Assembly: GCA_001179505.1 (NCBI GenBank)
Contig: CDMY01000341.1
Location: forward strand, 1-64,000
Source of the DNA: Vitrella brassicaformis CCMP3155
Taxonomy: Eukaryota; Protista; Chromerida
Length of the DNA: 64,000 nucleotides
Reading direction: 5' to 3'
A program made the position numbers and the translations under genes. Each line of letters starts with the position of its first letter. Positions within the stretch are counted from its first letter, which is position 1. The notes under the pieces are model-generated. The model was not told the origin of the DNA and made no database searches. It saw nothing but the letters and a program-made list of their open reading frames with translations. Positions 1 to 10,798 of this stretch are shown here, piece after piece.

Positions 1-241
1 TGCAGTTCTCGTCACGTCGGTCCGCTGAGACGGCGTCGTCAAGCAGATCTTCACGATGAAGACCCAATTGAGGCTCGGGGGGATGTGGGAGAGCGTGCCG
101 GGGGGGCGAGAAGGACGCCAGAGGAAGAGCCAATAAGGCTGAGCGATATGATGAGCTGCGGCGGGCAGCATCACGAGGAAAGGTCGGAGACGCCAGCCAC
201 AGCCAAATGGGCACGGACGAGGACCGGACGAGGACCAACAT
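1..241 (-). CDS. 5' part of an unknown protein-coding gene running off the window start
   Basis: ATG at 241 (minus) opens a stop-free frame to the window edge (MLVLVRSSSVPIWLWLASPTFPRD...EDLLDDAVSADRRDENC). It lies head-to-head with mago nashi. No family recognised. Confidence 0.4.
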   Translation of the reverse strand, partial: MLVLVRSSSVPIWLWLASPTFPRDAARRSSSYRSALLALPLASFSPPRHALPHPPEPQLGLHREDLLDDAVSADRRDENC

Positions 242-267
242 GACCCCCAGAGGGAGGGGAAGCCGAT

Positions 268-305
268 GGCATCCTCAGCCAAAAGAAAACAAGGCTGAGG
301 ATGCC
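268..305. repeat. Perfect 13-bp inverted repeat with A-rich 12-nt spacer
   Basis: ggcatcctcagcc (268-280) / ggctgaggatgcc (293-305) flank aaaagaaaacaa, in the intergenic spacer between divergent genes. Confidence 0.85.
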
Positions 306-485
306 TCGAGATCTGCCTCTGAGGCGGACATTTGCGAGAATAAAGAAGGCCGGAGGAAGAGTGTTGCCCATCAACCGGCCTTCCCCTCCTCCCGAAGTGG
401 GAGGGGGAGGCAACTGCTTAAGGGTACTGTGAAACGGAGAGTGGGCAACCTTCCTACTCTGAAGCCGAACAGACGGAACCACAAG

Positions 486-1461
486 ATGGCGGACGACGCG
501 CAGCAGCCAGATGAGGAGTTCTACGTCCGCTACTAGTAAGTGATCTCAGAACCAAGCACAGCGGCACGTGCTGCACGAGCCAAGTATGACATCACGCTTC
601 GGTGTGTGTGTGTGTGTGTGTGTGTGTGTTGTGTGTCCACCAGCGTGGGCCACAAGGGCAAGTTCGGTCACGAGTTTCTGGAGTTTGAGTTCCGTTCGGA
701 GGGCAGGCTGCGCTACGCCAACAACAGCAACTACAAGAACGACACCATGATCAGAAAGGAAGGTACGCTACGCAGATATATGGCCTCCCTCCCTCGTACG
801 ACCGACAGGCATACCGGCGGCGCGGCGGGAGGGCATCACTGACTGGTTGATGTGCTGCTTGGTCGATGTGTGTCTCCCAGCGTATGTGTCTCAATCGGTC
901 ATCAATTGCCTCAAGAAGATCATAGAGGACTCTGAGATCGTCAAGTGAGCCGGATGGATGGACACACGGAGGCCCTGCAGGCTGTGCTGTGGCCATCCCG
1001 TATCAATGTGAGTCGGTTCGTGTTTGTGTATCCAGGGAGGACGACTGCTACTGGCCTGCACCTGACCGTGTCGGCCGTCAGGAGCTGGAGGTGGTCCAGG
1101 GCAACCACCACATCTCATTCACAGTCAGCACACACAACACGCGCATTCATACTCCTCGGTCGGTCGCCACGGCTTACCATCTCCTCTGTGTTGATGTGTT
1201 TGTTGTGGATGGTTCCCTCACTGTCAGACGTCGAAGATCGGTTCGCTGGCGGACGTGCAGGCGAGCAAGGACCCCGACGGCCTGAGGGTGTTCTACTACC
1301 TCGTGCAGGACCTCAAGTGCTTCGTCTTCTCCCTCATCGGACTCCACTTCAGGGTAAGGTTGCAACACCACACCACTACACACACACATCAAGCGCCACA
1401 CACGTGGCTGAGTGTGTTGGTGTGGTGGTTCGAATGATGCGTGCAGATCAAGCCCGTGTGA
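486..1461 (+). CDS. MAGOH: Mago nashi (exon junction complex core), 6 exons
   Basis: Exons 486-535, 644-762, 881-944, 1036-1123, 1228-1353, 1447-1461 with GT-AG introns splice to [50 protein letters not shown]...[19 protein letters not shown], the hallmark Mago sequence. Confidence 0.96.
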
Positions 1462-1979
1462 GTCCGTTGCTGCCCCCCTGCCCCATCCACCCATTCCCCC
1501 GTCCCTCGCTCAGCCTGTTGTGTCGATGAGGACTGCTGCCTACCTACATGCCTACCTGCCTACCGACTGCTGCCTGATACTGTTGCTGAGTGCATGCTTT
1601 CATGCGTGACGGATTTTAATGCCATGCAGCCCTGCTGCGTACCAGTCTAGCTAGCTACATGGGTGCATCTGGCTGCTGACCCTTGGAACATACAGACAGA
1701 CGGGGCCAGCATGTGTGTGTGTGGACACTCGAACAATGAACGATTCATGCCATGCCTTCGATTGATGCCTTCCACACCCATCCATCCTTTCACCGAACGC
1801 CAGCCAGCACTGTCAGTGTGCATCCCTCCATACGCTTGCTCGCGCACACACATCAGACGTCACTTTGTCCCGCACTCATCGACCACGCTTCATTCACAGA
1901 CACCGAAAAAGGCTCACTCGAGTGCCCATGCGATCTTCCAATCAGCGCACAGCCGCTGTGCCCGCCGCTGTGCAGTCGC

Positions 1980-3092
1980 TCATCCCTTCTTGGGATTGAC
2001 GAACGCCTGCACTGTCCCGCCCATGGCCTTTGGCGCCTCGCTCGTGCCTGGGAACAAACAAACGAACGAACAGGTCGACACACATACAGTGGCGGCTGCA
2101 GGTCGTGGGCGTTGATATGCTTCGTGCGTACCTGCGTCTGCTAGCAGCTTGGCGAGCCTGTCGAAGACCTGCTGCGCCAGCTCGATGTTGGCCCGCTCGC
2201 GGCCTCTCAGCCGCATCGTCACCTTCACCTGATGCCCACCGAACAGACAGACGATGGCCAAGGGCTCGATCAGCGAGTGCATGGGTGTCTGCTCACCCTG
2301 TTTTTGGCCTCAAGCCACTTCTTGGCGTTGTTGGCCTTGACGCCCAGGTCGTGGTCAGATATCCTGACACACCAAACAGCAACCTTTCGTCGCTTCAGGT
2401 GCTTTTCTGTGACACTGACTGCATTGACCAACCTACCGACCTGGCGGATATTTTGAGCTCTTTGACCTCGGAGGCCTTGCTGGCCTGCCTCTTCTTGAGT
2501 TTCTCCTGCTTCTCCTGCTGGTACTTCCACTTGGCGTACTCGATGATGCGACACACAGGCGGGTCGCTGTTGGGAGATATCTCAACCAAGTCCATCCCCA
2601 GATCGTCGGCCTGATCCAACGCCTGTCAGATGGATGGACGGAAGAAGAAATGATTGATGGCAGGAAGCCGTCTTCGAGTGTGTGTGTGCTCACGTCGTCT
2701 ATGTCGACGATGCCGACCATGTCGCCCTTCTCGTCAATCAGACGCACCTGGGCGGCAGTGATCTCCTCGTTGATGCTGAACCAGAGGCAACAGACACACT
2801 CATGCATGACGCTGACTGTTTTGTTACCACTGCATGCCCTCACCCACCTGACACTCTTGTCCTGCCGCTGCATCGTCCGTCGCTGCGCCCTCCTCTGCTC
2901 CTCCTCAATCGCCAGCGGCACCCTCCTGCCCATCTGCAGTACCGTCACACCGGCCCTCATGCCATTGTGTGGCCTCAGATCTGGGACACCATCCCTCCGC
3001 CGCGGCAAGGACGGTGCTAAAGACGACCGAGATGGGAGGCGAAAGGCAGACGAGAGGCCCAGCAGGCTCAGCAGGGCTACAACAGAGTGCAT
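1980..3092 (-). CDS. infC: Translation initiation factor IF-3, probably plastid-targeted, multi-exon
   Basis: Spliced motifs [70 protein letters not shown] and [11 protein letters not shown] match the IF-3 N and C domains. The N-terminus [20 protein letters not shown] is a signal peptide ending in a SAF motif. Confidence 0.9.
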
Positions 3093-3267
3093 CCACCAAG
3101 ACGCGGCTTTGCTGCATCTTGGTTCTGGAGAAGAAACCGGAGTTGCCTGGTCACTGCGGACTTCTGATGGCATGCAAGGACGGCAGACCACCCCGCGCGG
3201 CATTTTCTTCTGAAAGCGAGCTCAGCCGAGAAAACCCTGGACCCCAGAACCCTAGCGATAAACCCTG
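3093..3267. promoter_or_regulatory. Putative bidirectional promoter between IF-3 and DHQS II
   Basis: Only 175 nt separate the divergent ATGs (3092 minus, 3268 plus). Three AACCCT telo-box-like hexamers at 3233, 3248 and 3261. Confidence 0.5.
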
Positions 3268-5175
3268 ATGCTTTTGTTCCCATCTATTCTGTCCCTTTCA
3301 GCCCTTTCCAGCAGCGCATTCGTGCAGCTACGGCAGCAAACAGGAACCTTGGGACGCTTTAAGGCCAGGCGAGTTTCTCCACTCATGACATCTCGCCCGC
3401 TGGAGCTGTGGCTGGACGCACGAGCTGACAAACAAATCGGCAAGCAAAGCTATCCATTCAACAGAGTGCTGTACGCTGGGCACACAGCCATCCCTGAGTT
3501 GAGAGATGAGGACCTCATGGAGATGGATGGAGTGCTGAGGAAGGGAATCAATGAGGTGGGCAAGGTGGTCAAGATCATTCAGCCCGAGGACCAGAACGAG
3601 GGCAAGAAGCTCATTGGATCTGTGGAATGGATTGTGATTGACTGCGACGGTACGACTGGACACAAAGCGCACATGCGGGCGCGCACAGGAGCAAAACACA
3701 CATGGGTGACTTTGTGTGCGTGTAGATTGGGTGCAGATCCCTGGCGAGAACATGGTGGCGGCAAGCCACCAGACGCCCACGCGGATCTGTGCCGTCGTCA
3801 CGGACGCCTCGCAGATACAGGGGCTGGCCTTCTCACTGCAGGTGGGTCAGCCGCTCATCGGGGTGTGTTTAGGCACATGTCTTTTCATGGGCTGTTTGCT
3901 TTGCACATGTATACTGTAGTTGGGTGTGGATGCGCTGCTGCTGCCGCCAGACCAGGCCATGTGGAAGGCCGCTTTGGAGGCGCGCACCACGAGGGGCCAG
4001 GGCACCCAGCCCACCAACGCAGAGGCATCTCAGCCCTCTGCAAAGGTATTGGACGAGGCGTGCATGCTGATGGGGAATGGTTTGATTCATTGTTTTCATT
4101 CACTCAGGGGGTCGCCAGTGCGCACAGCGGGCTTCGGTTTGCTCGTGTGGTGTCTGTGAGTGATGGAGGTGTCGGGGATCGTGTCTGCCTGGACCTCATC
4201 CAGAACATGCGGCACGGCGAGGGCGCTCTGGTAGGCTACGTACTTGGGCTCTCACCACCCACTACCACCAGAGGGCCATCTTAAGCTTATGTCCGTCTGC
4301 GTGCAGGTGGGCTCCAGTGCAATGAGGCTGGCCTTCGTGCATGCTGAGACCATCCCTGCGGGGTTCGTGCCGGCCCGACCGTTTCGCATCAATGCCGGCC
4401 CCGTGCACGCCTACTGCCTGATGGGCGACGGCAAATCCACCAAGTACCTGTCTGAAATACAGGTGGGCGGGGCGGCTGTGAGTGACGTCAGCCAGCAACA
4501 AGGACGGCCGTGTGTGCTGCTGCATGGTGTGTGCATGAGTGTGTGTCAGGCCGGCGATGAGATAGCGGTGGTCAGTCTGCCTGCAGGGGCCGACGGGAGT
4601 GTCACGTCGCGTGCAGTGTCGGTCGGAAGATGCAAAGTCGAGCGGCGGCCGGTGCTCAAGGTCATCTTCCAGGTGACTGCCTGCCTGCCTGCCTGCCTGC
4701 GTACCCAGGGCAAGCACTTCAGTGACCTGCTTTGCTGTCATTCTGTGCGTGCATGGCCGTGTCAGATTGAATCAGCAGATGGCACGGCAGCCCCATCAGC
4801 CGGCAACGTGAGACGAGAAACGACACGATGGAGATCCATTTGTGACTCCTCCATGTGTTCCCTCTGTTGTCCTCCTTCTCTGCAGGTGTTTCTGCAGCAG
4901 GCCGAGACCGTGAGGCTCCTGAAAAGGGACGAGGGCACTGAGAGGCCCTCGGGCGAGCACGCCTTCCTGCTTCCTGGTGGAGGTGAGGGTGAGTCGGTGT
5001 GTTGGGTGGTGCCGGTCTCCATCACAAGCCTCAAAGCAGGTAGCTGCAGACAGCATGGTCGGTGCTCCAGTCGATGTGTGTATGTGCTCTTCCAGGCGAC
5101 AGCATATTGGTTCGAGGACAGTCAGTGGGGACGCATCTGGGGCAGCCCATCGATGCCAAAGTGGTCGAGATTTAG
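3268..5175 (+). CDS. 3-dehydroquinate synthase type II (archaeal-type DHQS family), probably plastid-targeted, multi-exon
   Basis: Motifs QIPGENMVAA, VGDRVCLDLIQNMRHGEGALVGS, FVHAETIPAGFVPARPFRINAGPVHAY, KYLSEI, GRCKVERRP, FLQQAETVRL and PVSITSLKAGDSILVRGQSVGTHLG...VVEI* (TAG at 5173-5175). Leader MLLFPSILSLSALSSSAFV. Confidence 0.88.
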
Positions 5176-5633
5176 CGTGTCTCATTCATCAGATTCCGTA
5201 TCATTCATGCCTTCCCTGTTTTGTTCCAAAAATCGATGGAGGGCAATGCAGAACAGACAGATGCCTGACTGTGTGCCTGCCCTTGCTCTTGCTCTGTCTG
5301 CATTGCCTTCCTTGGATCTTGCTGCCTGGGGGAAAGCAATTTGTGTGAGTGTGTGGATGGACAAACAAATGGTCGGACGGATGGGTGGATGCGACGGGCT
5401 CACTGACTGACTAGCTGATCGGTGCTGCTTTGCATGTGACTGTGTGCGTGTACAAAATAATCTGCTTGTATGCTTCCATCTGAGTGAGAGACAGGCCGAC
5501 ACACAAGGCAGGCAGCACGGACAGCGATTGTCATCTGTAATTACAATGAGATATGATGCACACACATATCCGTCTCGATCCGACGCATGAATCACGCACC
5601 CGTGCCACTGTCCCCCTCTATCCCTTCCCTCCC

Positions 5634-7995
5634 TCATGCCAGCTTGTATGCCTCCAGCTCATCAATGTCGAAGTGCCATCCCTTCACTGACACAGGCAGG
5701 AGCACTCGGTCATCGTCATCACTGTAGTCGCTGAGCCTGACATCCGGCCACTCCCACTGGCGCCACTCGTCGGGCTGCTCGTCCTCCAGCATGGCTCCTT
5801 GGCACCGCTGCATGGTCTCGTCGCTGGCTGCTGCTGGGGCGCCGATCTGGGCGGCCTGACGGATACCGAAGCTGAAGCATGCCGTGTGGAGGACGGCCGT
5901 CAGCTCAGACTCAGCCGATGAGAAATCGATGAACTCGGTGACTCTCTCCTGCACACACGGAGAGAGAGACCATTGGCTACCATGACTCCCTTGCTCATTC
6001 AGGTGGGTACCCACCTGTGTGCCCGCGATGCAGATGATGTCGTGCTGGCCGATGTAGCCCACGTGTGGGTGGCTGTCTGTCCCCTGCAGCTTGAAGCCGA
6101 AGGCTCTCGTGTCGGGGCGGCTCTTGGCCGTGCCGGTGACCTCGATGGGCCCCTCGATGATGACGGCGAAGAGCTCATTGCTGCCGGCCACCTTGGAGAT
6201 GAGCAGCAGGGGGGAGTGGCCCTTGACGGCATCGAAGAAATCCAACCACCTCCAACCATTCACAGTCGCCCTGACACGACACACACACGCATCAAGACAC
6301 AGAGGCATGGTGAGAGAGTGCCGGCATGCTCACATCTGTCTGGCCTGCCCTTCTCACTTGTATATGCGCATGACCGGGTCGCCCACACACGACGGGATCT
6401 GTGCCGGTGCGGGCAGCCAACCGTCACACCACTGCCGCATCTTGAGCAGGTGCTCGGTGGTCAGCAGGCCGTCAGCCGGTCCCAAATGGCGATCGCTATC
6501 CAAACCGTACCTGACACACACAACACACACACCCACGGAGAGAGAGAGAGAGAGAGAGAGCAGCCGTCGGGTCATTGTGTGGTGAGCACTCTTTTCGCTG
6601 TTACATGGTGAGTGCGTGTCGGTATTTGTTGATGGCCAGATCACCCATCGCCCCCCGCACGTCAGCCGCTGTGATGGTTGCCCCCTTCATGTGGGCACGA
6701 GATACGACATCGACAATGCGCCGGACATGCTCGATGGGCGCACGAACGGTAGGGCCGTACCTGACACGACAGACAGACAGACAGACAGACAGGGGATACA
6801 AGCGAGCTCTCAAAAGGCCCAAGTCTGTGCAGGCGCACCTGATGAATCTGTTGGCAAAGGTAGAGTCGTCGCCCAGCGATTTCGCTACACCTATCGTCAC
6901 CGTCACCGTGGATCCCGACACACTCGCTGACACCAACTGAAGAGGGCAACCACAACCACAATATGCAGTCAGTGCATCTCCTCTGATCCCCTTCCCTCAC
7001 TGTGTCCAGCTCACCGTATCGTCCTCCACATTGCCCGTCTTGAGTAGTGGCTTGATGGCATCCAGCCGCTGCTCATGTGCGGCCTTCTCCTCCAGCGCCT
7101 TCTTCGTCAGCCTGTGCAGCTCCGCCGTCAGCCTCAGCTGAGCCGCGGCGGGCTGCCCGGCATCCTGCTGCTGGTCCGTGGCTGGGTCGGCAGCGGGGAG
7201 GAAGGCGTCGCCACCGGGCCGCCGCTTGTGTGAGGGGTCCCACAACAGCAGCTCAACCCAGTACCTGACGACACACATCATCGGCTGCATTGGACCGTCA
7301 CGTGTGTGTGGTGGGCCTGGTGCTCACGTGAATGGCGTGTCGTGTTGCTTGGCCGGGGGGATTGCAATGTTGTCCACCTGCTCCTCCTCATACATAATCA
7401 GATTCATCACCAGCCTGCATCCCGCCCAACACACACGCACACACACAACACACACGTGTGTGTGAGAGAGATGACATGATGAATGAATCCATCACTGAGC
7501 CCTCCTGACTTGACCAGGTGAATGCAGGTGGCCAGATCGGCAAAAAATGCGATCGTTCTCGTCATGGATAAACGCAGCGTCAAATTTGCCACCGAAGAGG
7601 GTGGCGAGCACCGAGTTCTTGACCGCACAGAGAGTCGATCGCTGGACCCGCACCTGCTCGCCGCTCACATTCAACTCCAACACATCCTTCATCAACTCTT
7701 CCTGCACACTACAACACACACAAACACACGCGCGATGAATGCATGTCCTCGACTGCCTTTCCGCTTTCTGGTCCATCTCGCTCACCATTGGTTTGTTTGG
7801 CGCTGCAGCAGACCCGCCCAAGGCTCTTTGGCGCTCCTCCAGCTCCTCCAGCATGGCTTGCAGCGCGTCGGTGACGCTTCGGCTGTACTGGATGGACTGA
7901 TGCAGCGCGCCGAGGGAGGCGCTCTCACCAACAGCGCCGCCATCAGGACACCTGCGTTTCTCGCCAACTGCTGCAGCAGCAGCTGATGCAGCCAT
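5634..7995 (-). CDS. BTB/POZ (KCTD-type) + C-terminal TLDc-like protein, copy 1; apparent -1 frameshift at 7542-7547
   Basis: BTB: VLELNVSGEQVRVQRSTLCAVKNSVLATLFGGKF...DENDRIF. TLDc-like: RIYKATVNGWRWLDFFDAVKGHSPLLLI...WHFDIDELEAYKLA*. Compared with copy 2, one base is missing in a T6 run, which is either a pseudogene lesion or a homopolymer error. Confidence 0.75.
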
Positions 7996-9021
7996 CTATC
8001 GCAGGAGAAATCACAATGCCCTACAGTGACAATGCCAATGCATTCATCGCATTTCTCCTGAACGCTCCGCTCAAACTGTTTCACGCTCGGATTTGTTTCA
8101 CCCTGTGAGCTCGCCCTTCTGCTTCTCTTCTTTTCCGCCGTTCTCCCCTCTTTCATGCTGCCGTCAGCTGCCTGGACGTCCTGATCTGCCTGGACGTCGA
8201 AGTTCGACGCCATGCCGCCCCTCCGCATTTTCTCTCTTTCGCTGTCAGGGCAGCGTGAACACCCCAGCACAGCTGCAAGGTGGCAGGTGTGCATGTGCAC
8301 GGCAGAGAGCATGCACACAAGGTGGCAGGTGTGCATGTGACCGGATTCTGTGCTGCTTAGGTGGTGCTGATCAGCGTCGAGGGTGTTGTCAAAGGAGCAC
8401 AGCAGCGGCACGGCGGCAGCGGGCAATGAGACCGCCACACGACGTCAGATGGCAAGGTGAGACACGGCATGCAGGACAGGTGTGTGAGTGTCCCGCTTTC
8501 ACTTTCACGTGCATGTGCATGTGTGCGTTTTCAGATAACTGACTGGGTGCTACTCGTCCACAACCACAACGACACACATGCAAGGTACACACGACACACA
8601 GCCACAATGCAACACAGGACAATCCCATCCTGCCTCTCTTTCACCCTCATGAAGGTTCGTCCGGACGAGGCAAGTAGGTCGCATACCAAAGGACAGTGGT
8701 GCTGTGCTGCCGGAGTTGGCAGGTACGTACGTCAGGAAGCCAGATAGATGCACTCACTGGGCGTGGACGTGTTGTGTGGCTGCATGTGTTGTGTGCGTCT
8801 GTCTCTTCAGGCAGGTGTTGTAGGCGAGCCCTGGGGACCACCCTGCCATCCACTGAGATCTCCCTCGTCCACCCACTCACCCAAGGATCTTCTTCTCTGT
8901 CTAGCTAGAGTGAGTGTTGTGGTTTTTGCGTACTTACTGGTGCATGGCATGGTGGGGCTGTCCTGTCGGGGAGTGGCTGCCTGTCGCGTGTTTATACGAA
9001 TTCTTTCGGCTGTTGTGCTTT

Positions 9022-10798
9022 CCCTCCGCTCCGCTGTGTTGGCCGTCCGGGCGTCTGCTGCGGTGCTGGCGGAACAGTCCACAGGGTCTCGACGGCAATG
9101 CAGTATGTGCCGGTCAGGGTACTGCAGCGGAGGGAAGAGAGAGACGAGTGCTGGACTGTAGGCTACTGCACATTCCTGTCGTCATCTGACGGGCGGGCAC
9201 TGCACAGAGAGCGATGCTTCATTGAGTTGGGTTGGGTTGACATCCGATTTTTGTGGTGTGACTTCGTTGCCCACAGCTGAGTCCTATCGGTGAGATGGCG
9301 TCTTCGTCATGAGTGGTGCATTTTGCTTGGGTTCTGTATGCCTTGTGCTGTGCGTGACCCCCTCGTGCCCTCATGTACGGTCTCTGCGAAGTGCGTCTCA
9401 TTGCTGTGCGGGCAAACGCATAGCGATGACACGTGCTGTGCGGCGGCCTGACATGGGGCACGAGGGGGGCACCGTACCACGGCAAACAGTGAACACCCCA
9501 CCTCTATCCGTGAGTCTTCGCTTCACGTGGCAGAGGATGGGTGGATGCGTGTGTGAGCGCCAGGGCAGAAAAGCCGAGGGGTGTCTTTTCTGCCTCTCTC
9601 GAGTGGTGTGGTGTGGTTTATGTGTGTTTGCTGGTGCCTGTTGTGCCTGTCCGTCATTGTATGGTGTCTCCTGCGCTGTCCCTCCGCTGTGTTGGCCTGG
9701 CGGGCGCGTGCTGCAGTGCTGACGGGACATCACACACGGTCTCGACGGCAATCTTGCACGTGGCTGACAGGCCAATGCAGCGGAGGGAAGCGAGAGACGA
9801 GTGTCATTACGTCACTGCCTTCGCTTTCCACAGATGAGTGCCGCACCGCAGGCTAAGGCTATTCTGTTCGCTGGCTATTCTGTCTTCATCATCACTGGTA
9901 CATTATCTAGCTTGAGTCGCGTGTGTATGCTGCTGTGCGTGACCCCTCGTGCCCTTATGTGGGATAGCTGGGGGCGAACGTCTCATTGCTGTGCGGGCAA
10001 ACGCGCTGCAATGACACGTGCTCTCCAGCGGCCTGACATGGGGCGTGAGGACGGCAAAACGCCGCCTCGCTTCAAGTCAGACGTGGGCGCCAGGGCAGAA
10101 ACGCCGAGGGTGTGGGTGTCTTTTCTGTCTCTGCAGAGTGGTGTGGTCGGTGTGGTTTATGTGTGTCTGCTGGTGCCTGTCGTGTGTCTGGCGGTCATTG
10201 TATGCTGTCTGTCTGTCTGTCTGTTGTGCTGTCCCTCCGCTGTGTTGGCCTGGCGGGCGCGTGCTGCAGTGCTGACGGGACACCATACACCGTCTCGACG
10301 GCAATGCTTCACACGGCTGTCAGGCCAATGCAGCGGAGGGAAGCGAGAGACGAGTGCTGGAAGCCAGCTCATGATCAGCGCTTTCTCGAGAGCAGTCAGT
10401 GGCTGCTCCTCTATGGTGTGGCCACACGCATCAGTCCGTCCATGTGGGTGGGGGGGGTTTGGCGGTTCGTTGGCATGGTTGTCGGACTGTTTTCCGCGTG
10501 TGTGTGGTGTTGATGGGATGCGACCACTTTTGTAGTCATGTCTGGGTGGCCGGCTGAGTCGACAGAACCAGTCACCCACTCCATCAGGGAGGGATTTCAC
10601 ACACTTGTGGATTGGTGTGCTGTTGACTGGGTGGGGTGGGTGCATCAATCAGTGGTGCTAGGCTGTACTGTGTATCCTTTGTGGTGTGCGTGATCCACAT
10701 CATGCCCCCATGTCAGGCCTGGTTGGAACGCTTCATCGCTGTGCAGTCATTTGCACGGCTGTGACACGTGCCCGTCAGGGAAAGGACATGGGGCATGA
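9022..10798 (+). ncRNA. Candidate structured-RNA cluster: six alternating long hairpins (family T1 at 9022-9134, 9680-9787, 10233-10340; family T2 at 9358-9468, 9945-10050, 10700-10798)
   Basis: By manual pairing each unit folds into an extended stem-loop. T1 outer stem: ccctccgctgtgttggcctg / caggccaatgcagcggaggg, 20 bp with 2 G-U. T2 upper stem: tcattgctgtgcg-ggcaaa-cgcatagcgatga, 13 bp. Copies differ by compensatory or wobble changes. No known RNA family recognised and expression is unproven. Confidence 0.5.

Noticed and set aside
8340-8410. Additional hairpin closed by ctgtgct/agcacag near the BTB promoter
   Set aside because: Only a 7-bp clear stem; the rest relies on many G-U pairs in GT-rich sequence, with no covariation evidence.
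9541-10535. ORFs with the recurring peptide LRCVGLAGACCSADGT..TVSTA as a protein repeat family
   Set aside because: The peptide is simply the translation of the T1 hairpin. Frames are not maintained between units, there is no coherent start or splice structure, and variation follows base-pairing rather than codon position. Not fully excluded without RNA data.
9022-10798. CRISPR-like reading of the repeat/spacer array
   Set aside because: Units are ~100-110 nt degenerate hairpins of two kinds, with spacers that are partly homologous to each other. The context is eukaryotic and there are no cas genes.
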